DNA from: Octopus vulgaris
Lineage: Eukaryota
Length of the DNA stretch: 64,000 bases
Direction: 5' to 3'
Assembly (NCBI GenBank): GCA_951406725.2
Contig: OX597826.1
Location: 83,824,001-83,888,000 of the forward strand
Every line of letters begins with the position of its first letter. Position 1 is the first letter of the stretch. This document shows positions 1 to 13,515 of this stretch, piece by piece. The translations under genes and the position numbers were made by a program. The notes under the pieces were generated by a model, which was given only the letters and a program-made list of their open reading frames with translations, made no database searches and was not told the origin of the DNA.

Positions 1-521
1 TATGCAGTTTCATTGTTTTACAGATTTGAATCATTACACCGTAGCCATGCAGGGGCATTGGTTTCAAGGGTTTAGCAAACCATATCAATTCCTGTACTTA
101 ATTCAGTCCCTTTATCAAACTGCCAACTTATGTGACCAAGCGATGCAACACAAACACATTACACATACAGATTTTGCGCATGGTATTTGGTCTACCAAAA
201 GCTAGATATTCCTAAGGGGCCAAATAATGAGATCAAAGTTGGAATCACATTGTTTCAAAGTGAATTTCTCAACAACACAGCTATGCCTGCTGCATACACC
301 TAAATATATTATATGGGGGGGCGGTGAAGTGGGGGAAGAGACGAAGAACAGACTCAGAAGCCATAAACAATTGTTCAAACAAAATGATACTTGTGAAGAT
401 ATCTCTCTCTTTCTCTCCCTCTCTCTCTCTCTTCACACACTGCCACCAAACGATAGTTCCACTTTCTTCTAGAACCTCCCAACATTCCCTAACTTTCTAT
501 TTTCAGTAATCACAACTATTT

Positions 522-951
522 ACATATATACATATACACATATATACATATATACATACACATACACATATACATATACATACATGTATATACATATACA
601 TTCATGTATATACATATATATACATATACATACATGTATATACATATATATACATATACATACATGTATATACATATATATATACACATATACATATACA
701 TACATGTATATACATATACATTCATGTATATACATATACATACATGTATATACATATATATACATATACATACATATACATACATGTATATACATATATA
801 TACATATACATACATATACATACATGTATATACATATATATACATATACATACATATATATACACATACACACATGTATATACATATACATAAATGTATA
901 TACATATATATACATATACATAGATACATATACATACATGCACATACATAT

Positions 952-1001
<50 letters not shown>

Positions 1002-1013
1002 GCACATACATAT

Positions 1014-1044
<31 letters not shown>

Positions 1045-1050
1045 TATATA
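522..1050. repeat. Compound TACA/TATA microsatellite-minisatellite
   Basis: Continuous tacatata/tacatgtata units ending in (TA)n/(CA)n; the overlapping YI/CV ORFs are artefacts. Confidence 0.95.
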
Positions 1051-1262
1051 TACTTTATTTAAAGCAGCAGAAAATTCAACAAAACCTGTTACTCTGAGTT
1101 TCCCGTTGCTAGCAAGCAAAAACTGTCCGATGAACGGCAACAGGAAACTCAGAGTAACAGGTTTTGTTGAATTTTCTGCTGCTTTAAATAAAGCATATTA
1201 CTCTACCACTGGTATTTGAGTACTCTTTTTTCCACCTTGTTTCACATTTATGTGTTTACTCT

Positions 1263-1265
<3 letters not shown>
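1051..1265 (+). mobile_element. Fold-back PLE pseudo-LTR remnant inside microsatellite
   Basis: 57-bp inverted arms 1053-1109 and 1137-1193 (1 mismatch); HHR-like motif at the start of the right arm; (TA)n on both flanks. Confidence 0.7.
1119..1165 (+). ncRNA. Minimal type-I hammerhead-like motif (U4C variant)
   Basis: ctgt-CCGATGA-acggcaacag-GAAA-ctcagag-TA-acag; stem I ctgt/acag, stem III ACTC-A-GAGT; stem II weak. Confidence 0.5.
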
Positions 1266-1298
<33 letters not shown>

Positions 1299-1333
1299 CA
1301 TGTAGATATATACCTACATGTACATATATACAT

Positions 1334-1365
<32 letters not shown>

Positions 1366-1464
1366 ATAATAAATGTTAGGGAATAAATCCATACATACAC
1401 ATAAATATATATACATGCATATACAGACATATACACACATACACATGCACACACACATATACAT

Positions 1465-1545
<81 letters not shown>

Positions 1546-3400
1546 CATACATACATACACATATGCATGTATGTACGTACCTACATACATATGTATGTAT
1601 GTATGTATCTATCTATCTATACGCAGAGAAAATGAAATACAACCAATGTGTTGTGCATTTTGCTTATCAAGTCTGTAAAATAAGTTGGGTGAAAAATACT
1701 CTTCACCAAAAAAGTAAAGAAAAACTAAAAAAATGTAAGGTTTCTTCATCAGGCAGATGAGGAATTATCTAACAATTTTGGAGGCAGGGCAGAATTGGAA
1801 TGCTGAGTACCGCTACCACAAACATCATAACCACATTACGCTTCTAAAATTACCACCAACCCCACCATCATCAACCCTATACATGTCATATCATACACCA
1901 CACAACAACCACCACCCTCATACTCATTAAGTCATAGCAACACTGGAGTTTCTATGAGATTTCCCATCTGCTAGAAAGAGCAACTAAACCTCCATCAAAT
2001 CACCCTCTACCATCTTAATAAAGAAAGGAAAAGCCTGGACTATGCCAGAATAAAAGATGGGATGGTCGGCAGTGAGCCTTAAATCTACTCATTCACAGCT
2101 GAGTTTTAACTGAACAACAGCAAACTCTGCAGCTAAATACTTCTCCCTCTACTTTCTGGACCTTTTTAAGGTACCAAAATAATAGAAGTGTTGTAGGTGG
2201 TGTAGTAGTGGTGTGGGGGTTTGTAGTGATAATTGTATGAGTAGTCGTGGTAGAGGTAGTTGCCTTAGGGGTGGTTGTGCTGCTAATAATAGTGAAGGTT
2301 GTGAAGGCATCAACCAACACACCTGAATTCAGAAAAAAACTCTCCCCACTTGTCTCACGTGGAATGTTTTTGAAGAAAGCAAACACAACAATGTTAGGTG
2401 GTTACAGGAGCAGCAGAAACCCTAGGAGTATACTGAGTCTTCTGCAACACAAATAGCAGATATTTCTGTTGAAACAGCCCAGAAAGGGATATGAGTGGGA
2501 TTTCGAATAATTAAGCATGAGATTGGGGTATGGTAGGGACTGTTTTTCAGAGAAAGATGGTACTATGGGAAACAAATGTGTACATAGACATGCACACATG
2601 TGCATATCAATGCACACATATTTGCATGCATGCAAATATGCACTCCTTTACATATTTAGAAACACACAAAGATTCATGTGTACAGAACAAAGTAATAATT
2701 TTCAGTCTCAAAGACATATCAGCTGATGTTGAACACTATAACTGTATCCAAGTAACTACACGTACTCACTCCAAATAGTGCTCTTGTACCAAAGTTAACA
2801 ATCATGTTTATTGTAGTTGTTGTTGTTATTATTTTGATATTTTAAGAACAGATCAGGCCAGGATATTACATCCTTCTGTACTCTACAAAATAAGTGCCAG
2901 TCAAGTTGTGCAGTAAAATTTAAATGCTCTCTCCTCCTGAACGCTTGGGACTCTCTTTGCCATTATAACATCCTCCCCTGTCGACAGCCATTACAGTATC
3001 GAAACAAATAATTATTAATATTTAAATGATTGTGATCAATAAAAACTCTGAAATCTAAATTAATTAAAAATTGAACGCAGCAAGTAATGCTGACTGAGTC
3101 TTATATTTGGCAAGTACAGTGGTTGTTCTGGACATGTTTCTGTGCTATTAAATCTCTTCAATGAAGTACAAATGTATGAATTCTTGCTGGTCCTTAAGAT
3201 TACCAAGAGCTATAAAGAATCTGAGTGAATAAATATTGACAGGCTAACAAATTATCTAGAGACACTCAACCACGTTTTCTCTCAGATCTGTACTAAAATG
3301 GTGAAGTTGAAAAGCTGTTTTGTTAATAATTGATCAGTAACTCAGTTACATAGAATGAAACAAACATTTAAGTAGAATCCCATAAGCAGAACAGCAAGAG

Positions 3401-3431
<31 letters not shown>

Positions 3432-5659
3432 GAATAGTTACTGGAGCATAAATGGGTATAGACAATATTTTGTAACTTGAGATTTCAATACATATTTCAG
3501 AATGCATCACAGAATAAATCAGTGGTATGCTTCATTTCAAGATGGTATAATAAATAATTGGATTCTTCAGGCAAACAGTTTTTCTCTTACTCGCAGAATT
3601 CATGCTAAGCTCTTTTCCAATCCTTCCTTCCATGACTATCAACCATCTGGAATTCCTTTCCAGTCTTTTTTTTTTTTTTATAAACCCTGACTTAAAAGAT
3701 CTGTGTGACTGTTACTATCACAAGTTTTCCTAATGTTAAGTTGAAGTGAGGCAAATCTGCTCTTGGACAGGAATCTGGTCAACTGCAGGCCTATTTTCTT
3801 ACAGATGGAACAGAATTCCACAGTGCTGCCACTATTTACGGCAATGAGTTCTACAACTCATTTTTACTTGTTTGTACTCATTCAGCAGCTGTGTTTCCTC
3901 AGCGAATGTCTTGGCCGGTAATTACTCAGCTGGTTATTTATCTCTCTTGACTCAGACATTTGTGTTCTTGACAGAATAATTTTATGTAATACTTATGTCT
4001 ATATAGAAGTGACAGCAGCATCATCAGGAGTGGCTGCCATGGCCACGGTTACTTAATTCTTGTTGTTACTGCATGCATAAACAACAGCATTGTTGGATGT
4101 GAGCTCAAGGATGGATCCAACAGACCAATCAATAGTTCAGGGTGATGCACAGAAATGTTAACTTGGAAAGATAAGGATGAGCTCTGATGCACCAACCTTG
4201 GTCCTTTCTCATCAAATTTACAATTAAATTTATAGAGTTACTACGATTAGTCTTACATGCAAATGTGATTAAAAGAAGGTCAAAGAACTTATGCACACCA
4301 ATTTCACAGAAAACAGCACCAAGTTAAGCATGCGGAAGAGGCTGCACATGTATATGCAAAGTGCACGAGGAGGAGAACTCTCACTTAAGTCAACTTAACC
4401 TTTTGTCCTTATGGAGTAGATTAACTAAGGCATGCAGTAGAGATGAACTTAGGCATGTAGAATAAAGTGTACAATTCAGATATTCAACAAAATGCCCATA
4501 GCAGAGCTGACTTCAAAACTCTTTCAGTTGGATTTCTAATAACAATTATTCCAGGACAAATGAGCCAAGGGAACCTCTACATTAAGAATGTGAAAAGTTT
4601 CACCTGCAAGAGTGAAATTTTGTTCACATTCAATTTTGAAACTGTCCACTGATGAAGACTCTCAAAACACATGGAAAATGCTTATAATTCTTAAGCCATA
4701 AATAGTAAGTTAATGCAGCTAAGATGCACTGAAGCAAGAGGGATTGTAATCCCAATAGCACAATAGTCTAAGACCTGGAAGTTAGATATGAGCAATGATG
4801 CATCATTTCATGTGCATATCACTAAGAAAGTAACGATATATAGACAACTGGCCTGATGGATTGGGAACCTACAGAACAAAAGGCCAGGAAACCGTGGGGG
4901 GACCAGGAGAATATTTAAGCTTATGAATAAGAACCAGAACATTGTGTGCTAAAAAGCAACTTGAAAATATCTTCAAAAGACACCCCAGCTCACACAATGC
5001 TGCTTCAAAGAAGTGAAAAACAGCACTATTGTGTAAAATGTATGGTTTACATGGTAGCCACTCAATATGTTAAAAATAAAACTAATGTGAACAATACAAT
5101 TTACATGACAAACATTCTAGGCTATCAACACAATAAAAACCTTTATAACATACAAAATCAACAACGAAAAAGCAACACAAAAATAAATGACAAGCTGACT
5201 ATATGCCAAATAAACCATAACACAATCACTAACAGCAACAACAACTAACCACAATGACCTGCTCTTCCAGTTTATTTATTTTCCTAACAATATAGAAGAA
5301 GAAAGCCAGTAGCCCTGACTCTTCTCAAGGCCTCCAAATCTTGTATGAGGAGGGAGGAAATTCACAGACAGGAGATCTAACCCAAATGAAGGAAACAGGA
5401 TGGACTCTGTTAAAAGCACTGCGGGGCCAAGTGGTGGTGAAGTGTGTGTGTGGGGGGGGGGGGCAGTTAAGCTGGGTGATAGATTACCATTTAAGAGTAG
5501 GTAAGCTCTTTCTGACAAGCTTCCAAACAGTTTCCATTTACTACATTTCATGTACAAGATTATTCGTTTACTCAAAGTTATGGTTAAAAAAATACTTGGT
5601 CAAGGATCTATGCAGTGAGATCAAACCAAAAAGCCCATGAAGTTATGAAGCAACTGCCA

Positions 5660-5970
5660 TTTTATATCCTTGATTTGGGAAAAGGAAAGACAAAATTGAT
5701 TTTGTTGGGATTTGAACTCAGAATATAAAGAAACCAAAACAAAATGCTGCAAAGCATATCAATAATAATGATAATCCTTTCTACTAAGGGCACAAGGCCT
5801 GAAATTTGGGGGGAGGAGACTAGTCTATTACATTGACCTCAGTATTTCACTGGTACTTATGTTATCAACCCCGAAAGGATGAAAAGCAAAGTCAACCTTG
5901 GCAGAATTTGAACTCAGAACCTAAAGACAAACAAAATACTGCAAAGCATTTTGCCCAGCATGCTATCAAT
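5660..5970 (-). mobile_element. SINE family B fragments (tRNA-like head, CCTTTCATCC..GGGGTCGAT..AGTACCAG core)
   Basis: Reverse strand has ttctgagttcaaattctgccaaggttgactttgcttttcatcc; related copies near 9470, 18190, 18390, 23730, 23895, 44700. Confidence 0.75.
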
Positions 5971-6107
5971 AATAATAATAATTCCTAATATAAACAAAGA
6001 GGCACTCCTTTCAGTGAATGCTTGTAGCCAATTATGCATGTACAAGGAGCATTGCATTGTGCTCCTTGTATATATTAGAAAGGTTAAAATGAATTGTGGC
6101 CGTTGTA

Positions 6108-7030
6108 GCGCTGCACCAGGCTCCAGTCAGATTTGGTTTGGCTTCTACAGCTGGATGCCCTTCCTTATGACAACCTCTTTACAATGTGTGTTGGGGGCTT
6201 TTATCATGCTTCTGGCATGACTGCACTCACATAGCACCAGCATAAGTGCACAGTATGTGGCACTGGCACGAGTGCTTATTACATGGCACCAGCACAGCAC
6301 TCTTGCAAGTCAATCCTTCCACCAGGGGGTGTGGGGCCTTAACACTTCTGCTGTGGAGGGCGGGTCTTCTTGAGTACAGAAAGGTGCCAAGTATCTTGAT
6401 CCTTTCTCATCTCATCTGAAAGGTTCAGCATTCTGAGGTTGTCCTTCAGTATTTCCTCTCATAACTTCCTGGGTCTCCCATTTCCATGAGTCCCATCTAC
6501 TTTGAGAGATCAGTACTTCTTTATGGACCTGTTGGCATCAATCTGCATTACATGACCAAACCAGCACAGTCTCCTCTCGTGCACACTGCATCTAATTCCT
6601 CTTATGCCTAGCTTCTCTCTCAATACACACATCCGCACTCAGTCGAACATGTACACTTACATTACACATCCAGCAGAGCATACTAGCCTCATTCCTCTCT
6701 AGCCCTTGCACTTAGGGCCCACGTCTCACTAACATGTAGAATTGCTGTTTATATGCATACATCATATAATCTTCCTTTCAGTTGGTGAGTGAAACCTTTC
6801 ATAGCCAACAGAAGTAAAAGCTCTCTTGAATTTTCTCCACCCTATTCTTATTCTAGCTAGTACACTCCCCATACATTCTCCCCCACTACAAATTCGGTCC
6901 CCTTGGTAGCAGAAATTATTCACTCCCACTAAAGAGGAGCATTTGAGAAAATCGATTTCCCAAGTATTTGCAGTTTTTATGGCTCCTGGCATCTTCCACA
7001 TATGAACACGTCTTTCTCTGATAGACTTGC
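6108..7030 (-). mobile_element. Decayed RTE-clade LINE 3' fragment
   Basis: Minus-strand peptide NNFCYQGDRICSGGECMGSVLARIRIGWRKF matches the RTE RT C-terminus; 3' tail shared with other copies. Confidence 0.8.
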
Positions 7031-7195
7031 CAATCTTCTACCAGTTGATGAGAAACTATTAACTGTTTCCCATATAACTAAATCAAAAATAAATTGGAAA
7101 TAATCAAATTGAACAGTTTATGTTTGGAAAAGTCATAACTGCTTTTCAAATTCATCATCTTAAGGTTGATATAGATAAAATACAAGGTTATACAA

Positions 7196-7410
7196 GGTGT
7201 AGAGGCTTAGTGGTTAGGGTATTGCACTCCTGATCACAAGATTGCAGTTTCAATTCCTGGACCAGGCAAGGTTTCATGTTCTTGAGCAAAACACTCCATA
7301 TCATGTTGCTCCAGTTCACTCAAAGATGAGTAATCTTGCAACAGACCAGAACCCCATCCAACGAGGGAGCATATAGACTGTAAAATCTGGGAAACTAGCC
7401 TTATGAACCT
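7196..7410 (+). mobile_element. tRNA-derived SINE (family C-like), decayed
   Basis: A-box aggcttagtgg and B-box-like gtttcaattcc; resembles copies at 49045 and 59128. Confidence 0.6.
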
Positions 7411-8529
7411 TTTTTATATATATTATAAGGTGGAAGGGATCTGATAGAGTATCCTCAATAGCATAAGAGACTAATCACACTGGGCTGAGAAAAATATCAG
7501 AAAAGAAAACAACTTTATTGTTGTAGTTGTTGCTTAGTTCGATCGAGCAGAACTATGATCAATGGTGACCCAGTTGTGATCACCATTTTACTTTTACAGT
7601 AAATGTCTATCTACGACAACATTATCCAATGTCTTCTTCCTTTCTTTAAGACAGCAGGATATGATATGAAGAAGATTTAGTTGCTATTTTCCCCAGCTTG
7701 TTTGTTATTATTTGGTTTAGCTGCATAATAATGGCATTATGGAAAGTGTGTCAAAGATAATATCAGCTGTGAATTTACAGACAGACCCTGTAAGTGGTGT
7801 AGCATTGTAGAGAATGGAATATTGGAATATGGCTAAAGACTAGTACTTTATCTTTCATTGATTAACAATTCTTCTTTGAAAAGGAACATCAATAGTCTTA
7901 AATACACATCAATACACCTACCAAGTAATTCTAAGACCTTATCAGTTTCGATAGAAGGAAAACAACATTAAAATCTATGAACAAAAAGGAAAACAAAAAA
8001 CCCTAAAACTGATTCCTTAAAATATTTCCTTGACCATTTCAATGAACATTTACTTATTTTCAGATAAAGTTTTCTTGCAGAATTTGTAATTGATTTTCAT
8101 GTTTTTATAAATTTTATTTTTCTATTCTATTTTTTGATTTTATCATGTTTTCTCTTGTTAATTGTTTGTTCTACTCTGGTTTTTAGCAATTTTTCTTTCC
8201 CTTCTTTTCATTCTGGAATGGCCTTTCATGGCTCATTATTGGTTCAGAATGACCATTCTACAACATTATCAGAAAAATTTGTTACATCAAAAATTATTTC
8301 TACCGTTTATATATATATATAAATATAAATATTTTACAATTTGATTTTTTTTTTCTCCCAATTTTCACCCTCTCCTACTGATTTTTATTTTTTCAAAAAG
8401 AAAATACAATGTAAATAAAAATGAATACGAAAAGCTGAATCAAATACCTATTTTGTGCTGTTAATTTGCAGTTAACTGCCATATTTGAACTGATAATGCA
8501 AACTTTTTTGGCAAACAACAAGTAACAAT

Positions 8530-8877
8530 GTGTAATAATAACAATGATAACAAGAGTACTCGGAGAGCACAAACCTCAGCCAAGGCAACACCAATGTCCT
8601 CTCAATGATTAGCCAGAGATGATTTTTAAAATGAAAATATCTGAAATAAACTCGACTGTTCTCACAAATGAGAATAATAAAAATTAACCTGACCACTCTC
8701 AAAAATGAAGTATAAAAAACAGAAAAATAATGTAGAATCCTTGTCTGGTACCAGTTGAGGCCAAACATCCCTGAAAGTTTCATATGAATCCATCCAGCGG
8801 TTCTTAAGATATCTTGCCCATGGGCAAACAAACATGACTGAAAACAATACCTTCACCTTCACTAAGGTGGAGGTAAT
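8530..8877 (+). mobile_element. Non-autonomous element with subterminal inverted repeats (possibly Helentron-associated)
   Basis: 5' acctcagcc vs 3' ggtggaggt, with a short 3' hairpin ccttcaccttcactaaggtggagg. Confidence 0.45.
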
Positions 8878-9171
8878 GATAATGATCATTTCAAAGTTTG
8901 ACACAAAGCCAGCAATGTTAGAAGGATGAGAGCGGTTGATTATATCTACCCAGTACTTGACTGGTACTTTATCCATCTGCATAAATTTAAAACAATGTCA
9001 AAACCTATGTCACTGATTATAGAAGCAAGTGATAAGCTAATAAAGGAGTCTCCATGTGGACACTTCACCTGCTAGATATAACAAATGAATCATCTTTAAA
9101 GTAAGAAAACCGGTATGGACATAATATGGATAGAATAGTATGAGATGAAATGGTCATGGTTGCAATGCCTT

Positions 9172-9400
9172 TTAACCCTTTAGCATTTAAACCGGCCATA
9201 TCCGGCCAAAAGTATTCTGCTTGTTTTATGCTCAAACTGGCCATATCTGGTCTCTCACACCAACCCTACAATATCGTTTTAAAAATCAACAGCTACCTCA
9301 TCAAATTTTCATAGCTACAAGATAATGCATGATTAGTTCAAAACAAAGTGGATGAAAAAGCATTAACTTTGGCAGAATAATGCGAACACCAAAGGGTTAA
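9172..9400. mobile_element. piggyBac-like MITE, TTAA-flanked
   Basis: ttaa-cccttt...aaaggg-ttaa; related copies at about 12267-12493 and 52862-53081; nested in another repeat. Confidence 0.8.
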
Positions 9401-12266
9401 TCATAATTCTGCTTGAAAGCAACTGATATGGAGCTCAACAACAGCATACAGGCAATCTAAACAGACAAAATGAAGGCAGCTAGCTAACAAAATAGTGTTA
9501 GAAAAAATTCCTTATGGTTATTTCTAATGGGTCTTTATGCTCCAAATTCAAATCCCATTGAGGTTAGCTTTGCCTTTCATCTTTGAAGGGTTGGTAAAAG
9601 TACCAGTCAAGCATTGGGGGTTGATGTTATCAATTAAGCCCCACTTCAAGAACTGATGGCATTATTACAAGAGTAAGTGTTGCTTCACATCTACAACATT
9701 TTAAACTCCAATGAAGTTTTTAAGAGTTCGTTTTATGAAGTGAAAACAAATGAGACTTAAGTTTTCTCTTGGGTAGGACACTAATTTATTGCAGGCAATA
9801 TTCTAAATGCTCCAGCAGTTGGTACTTGTTGTTCTTGGTAGCAAAACTGAGGCAATGCAGGGTAAGATATGATAAAGCAAAGAAATGCTAACAGAGGAAT
9901 TCTTTTTTAAAAAATCATTTTAAAAGTCATTGAAGGGAAACAGGGGCAGTACCCTCAAACTAGCTGGTGCCATCCTAAACATCTGTGGGTCAATGACTAC
10001 ATAAAAAAAAATTGTGGAGGAAGAAATTGCATGAGTATCTAGTCAGGTCACTTTGTAAGAGAGTGGACTCAATTATTTATTATTAAGGACACCCTGGGGC
10101 CAGATGGTGCTCAGAATCTAATCAACTAGACCAATATCTGTCAATTCAGTCATTTCATTTCCAGTAACATTTAATAACAAAAGCTTGAGTGTGTCACAAA
10201 CTTCTGTTTATCTTGCTCTATAATTTTAAAGGTTTTTTTTGTGCTTATATAAAACCACCAATATCACCACCACCACCATCACAAGCTGTCTACAACAAGA
10301 ATATTATTATTACAAGAGTGTTTCTTAGGTTTTATAGCAGTGAAAAATGTTAAAATACGAAATGGAAACTACTTGCTGTATGAAAATAAGACTTATAGAC
10401 ACACGCAAGCACATGTGCTCCGTTATGTACAAACACGCATGCACACATACACATACAAACTGGCAAGTCTCAAAATAAAAACAAATTCCTAAACCAACAA
10501 CCATATTCCCTATGGTATTCATTAAAGTTTTCTGAATTATAATTAACAGGTAAGGGTAGAGGATGAGGAGCAAGGGGGCTCATGTAGTAACAGTGGTACA
10601 GTGATGGTAATAGTGGTAATGGTGGTGCATGTAGTAGTAACAGTGGTAGTATTTGTAAGGGTAGTGGTGTTGGTGGGAGTAGTAATAGTAGTATAGTAAT
10701 GGTGGTAATAGTTGTGGTGGCAGTACAAAAATGGGGGAGAAAGTGAAGGCGCTAACATGACTTGGCCCAGAGGGTGATGAAAGAGGTGTTGGGGTGGGCA
10801 GTTAAGTATATTTGGAAGGGTAGCAAGATGGAGGATGGCGACAAAGAATTTGGTAATGCTGTAAAGACAGTTCTCTTCCCCTTCTCTTGCTGCTTGGAAT
10901 GTAGATTCCTTCCACAACAATATCAAGATTCCCATTGGATTCAAATTCTATACTTGGAATGTTCAACATTGCTGTAAACCAGTATGGACTGGAATTTAAA
11001 CAAACAAGATGTTCAGAACAGCGCCAAGGTTAATGAACCTTGTGAGAATATGTATGTGTAAGAATATGTTATACACACACAAACACATATACACAGACAA
11101 ATCATATACACATATAGGCATATACAAATACCTCTAAAAATTTTAGTTTCTTGCACACATGCACAAGCCTATATAAATACCTGTGTGCATAGAGGTGTAT
11201 ATGCATGTGTATATAGACTTTTTAATGTTAAAGACACACACACAAAAAAAGAAAAATACACAAAATAAAATGTTTTTCAACAGAAACAAATTTGCTGTTG
11301 GAAAAATAATTTTAAAATTCACAGAAATCGATGTGTGTGTGTGTGTGTGTGAGGATGCAGACAGAATGCTTTAGATGATCACTTCATTATTAAAAATTGA
11401 AAGCTTGATGCTACAATGTGGAAACTTGAGCAATTATCTTTTGCCATGGCCTTGAGTGAATCCAAACCTTGTAAGTAACAATGGGGTGGGGGGTGGAAAC
11501 CGTGTGGAAGCCTGCTAGAGAGATAGTAGTTCTAATTGAAAGAACCAGCCTTGTCGCATTGAAGGATTATACATTAAGGATATACATGTCTGTTGAATAT
11601 TCATTCGCTCTACTCTGTAATTAAATGGTAGTTCAGTTGATAAAACAACAGGAATACTCATCAGGAAAGCTGGCAGACGATCAACTTTCTAATTGTTTTT
11701 TTACTAGGTTTATGAATATTAGTGAAGATATGAGTATGAATAGAAACAACATGGCTGGATTGACTGAATATTAGACAACCAGCCTGCTTAGCAGTCATCA
11801 GTTCAAATCCGCTGCAAGTGTTTTGTTGGGTTTCTGGCCAGAGCACTTTAACGCTATTTTATCTCTGGTCATTGCATAAAAACAGGAATCACATCAATCT
11901 GGTTCCTTTTCAAACCAGAGCCGACCAACAGTGAATAGATGCCACATTAATTTCTTAATAATTAGAGTCTTTTCACGAGTACACCTAGCTATCAATAGAG
12001 AAAAAGTATTAAATTACTCTGTCCCCATTCTTCCATCAGACCACAGTCTGCCAAGTAGTCAAGTTTTCTCTCATATGAAGGAAAGATTTGGCAGACAACG
12101 ATGACCAGTGTTTGATCACATATCTCTTCTGATCAAATATTTCTGACCATAACCACCTTGTTTTTATTTCATACAATATATCTAGAAGGTCACTCAATAT
12201 GGCAGCCACATTTTTCTAATAGTTTAAATAAACACTAAAAGGCTCCCTTACTAAGTAGTTAACGTT

Positions 12267-12493
12267 TAACTCTTTAGCATTTAAACTGACCATATCAGGC
12301 CCAAATGTTCTTCCTGTTTTATGTCGATCCCAACCAGATCTGGCCCCTCACACTTACCCTGTAATGTCATTCTAAAAATAAACAGTCACATCATTGAAAT
12401 CTCAAAGCTACAAGATAATGCATGATTAAAACAAAACAATGCGAATAATCAAGCATTAGATTTGACAGAATATTCTGAATGTAAAAGGGTCAA
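12267..12493. mobile_element. piggyBac-like MITE, same family as 9172
   Basis: ttaactctttagcatttaaac...aaagggtcaa with internal similarity to 9172-9400. Confidence 0.7.
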
Positions 12494-13044
12494 AGTCAGG
12501 TAAGGAACAATCAGTTAATGTATGGAGGCTTTTATTATTTAGAACTTATTAGAGAATGCTTTAACATGAGTTAACTCAACACACGAACTGGGCAAAAATA
12601 CGATATTGATGTCACAGCTATTTCATGTAAATAAGTTTAGTGATCGCCAGAAAAGGACAGTTAATGATTACAGACATGATGGTGGTGTTGTTATGTCTGT
12701 CCAATTGTGGAGTTTAATCCTACTTAATGTGCTGGCGCCATGTAAAAAGCACCCATGCCATGCAACATGAAGAGCACCAATGCTAGCATCACATAAAAGC
12801 ACCAGAACCAGCACCATGTAGAAAGAACCGTGTTCACTCTGCAAAGTGGTTGGTGTTAGGAAGAGCATCCAGCCAAAACATAAAACCATGCCAAAACAAG
12901 CGACAGGCCTTGTGCCACCCTCCAGTTTGCTCTTGTTTGGCATCCGACCCATACCATCAGGGGAAGTGATGTAAGTGGTTCAGAAAATTACAGGAATTGA
13001 ACATTTGTTGAAAGAGATTGTTTATGATAATAAAATGTGTAATG

Positions 13045-13320
13045 ATTATTATTATTATTGAAACAAAGCGCAGGTTGGGTCTTATTCCTGGTAGGATTTA
13101 TGTGGGTAATGGGTTACTACCTGTAAGCAGTCCTTCAAGTGCTTAGAACCCTCCTGATAATCCTTGCTGTCCCTAAGAAACAAACTCTCTGTAGGAGCTC
13201 TACCAACCATTCTATTCCAATCTCCTTCAGCCATTTGTCTATATCTCGGTTTACTCTTCCCAATGCACCAATTATTATAGGCATGACTTTTACTGTTCAA
13301 ATGCTCTAAATTCTTCCTAT
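13045..13320 (-). mobile_element. R4/Dong-clade LINE 3' end
   Basis: Minus strand reads KVMPIIIGALGRVNRDIDKWLKEIGIEWLVELLQRVCFLGTARIIRRVLST*, typical of the restriction-like endonuclease C-terminus; ends in (TAA)n. Confidence 0.75.
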
Positions 13321-13480
13321 TTCAAATTTTAAGGGATTGTATTGTTTTTCTTCCCCCTTTTTTTTTTTTTTTTTTACATTACTATTATTGTCTAGGTACC
13401 TGTGAAACACTGGGGTCAAAGCAATCAACTAGTCCCTGCCACCACCAATTTTAGGCCTTGTGCCCTTTGTAGAAAAGATG

Positions 13481-13515
<35 letters not shown>

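Noticed and set aside
516-1678. Long overlapping ORFs rich in YI/CV/HT (also at 26, 38, 40, 43, 44 and 62-63 kb)
   Set aside because: Stop-free translations of dinucleotide microsatellites with no domain-like sequence.
3805-3917. Apparent plus-strand exon (ttacag|...|gtaatt) open in two frames
   Set aside because: The minus strand reads ..AALWNSVP.., like a decayed LINE C-terminus; no partner exons were found.
4640-4680. Hammerhead at tcca-CTGATGA-agactctc-AAAA-caca-tgga
   Set aside because: GAAA and the NUH site are both mutated; it may be a relic but cannot be supported.
10543-11040. Possible decayed PLE fragment or 133-aa ORF
   Set aside because: Similarity is too weak and much of it is (ACC/ACT)n low complexity.
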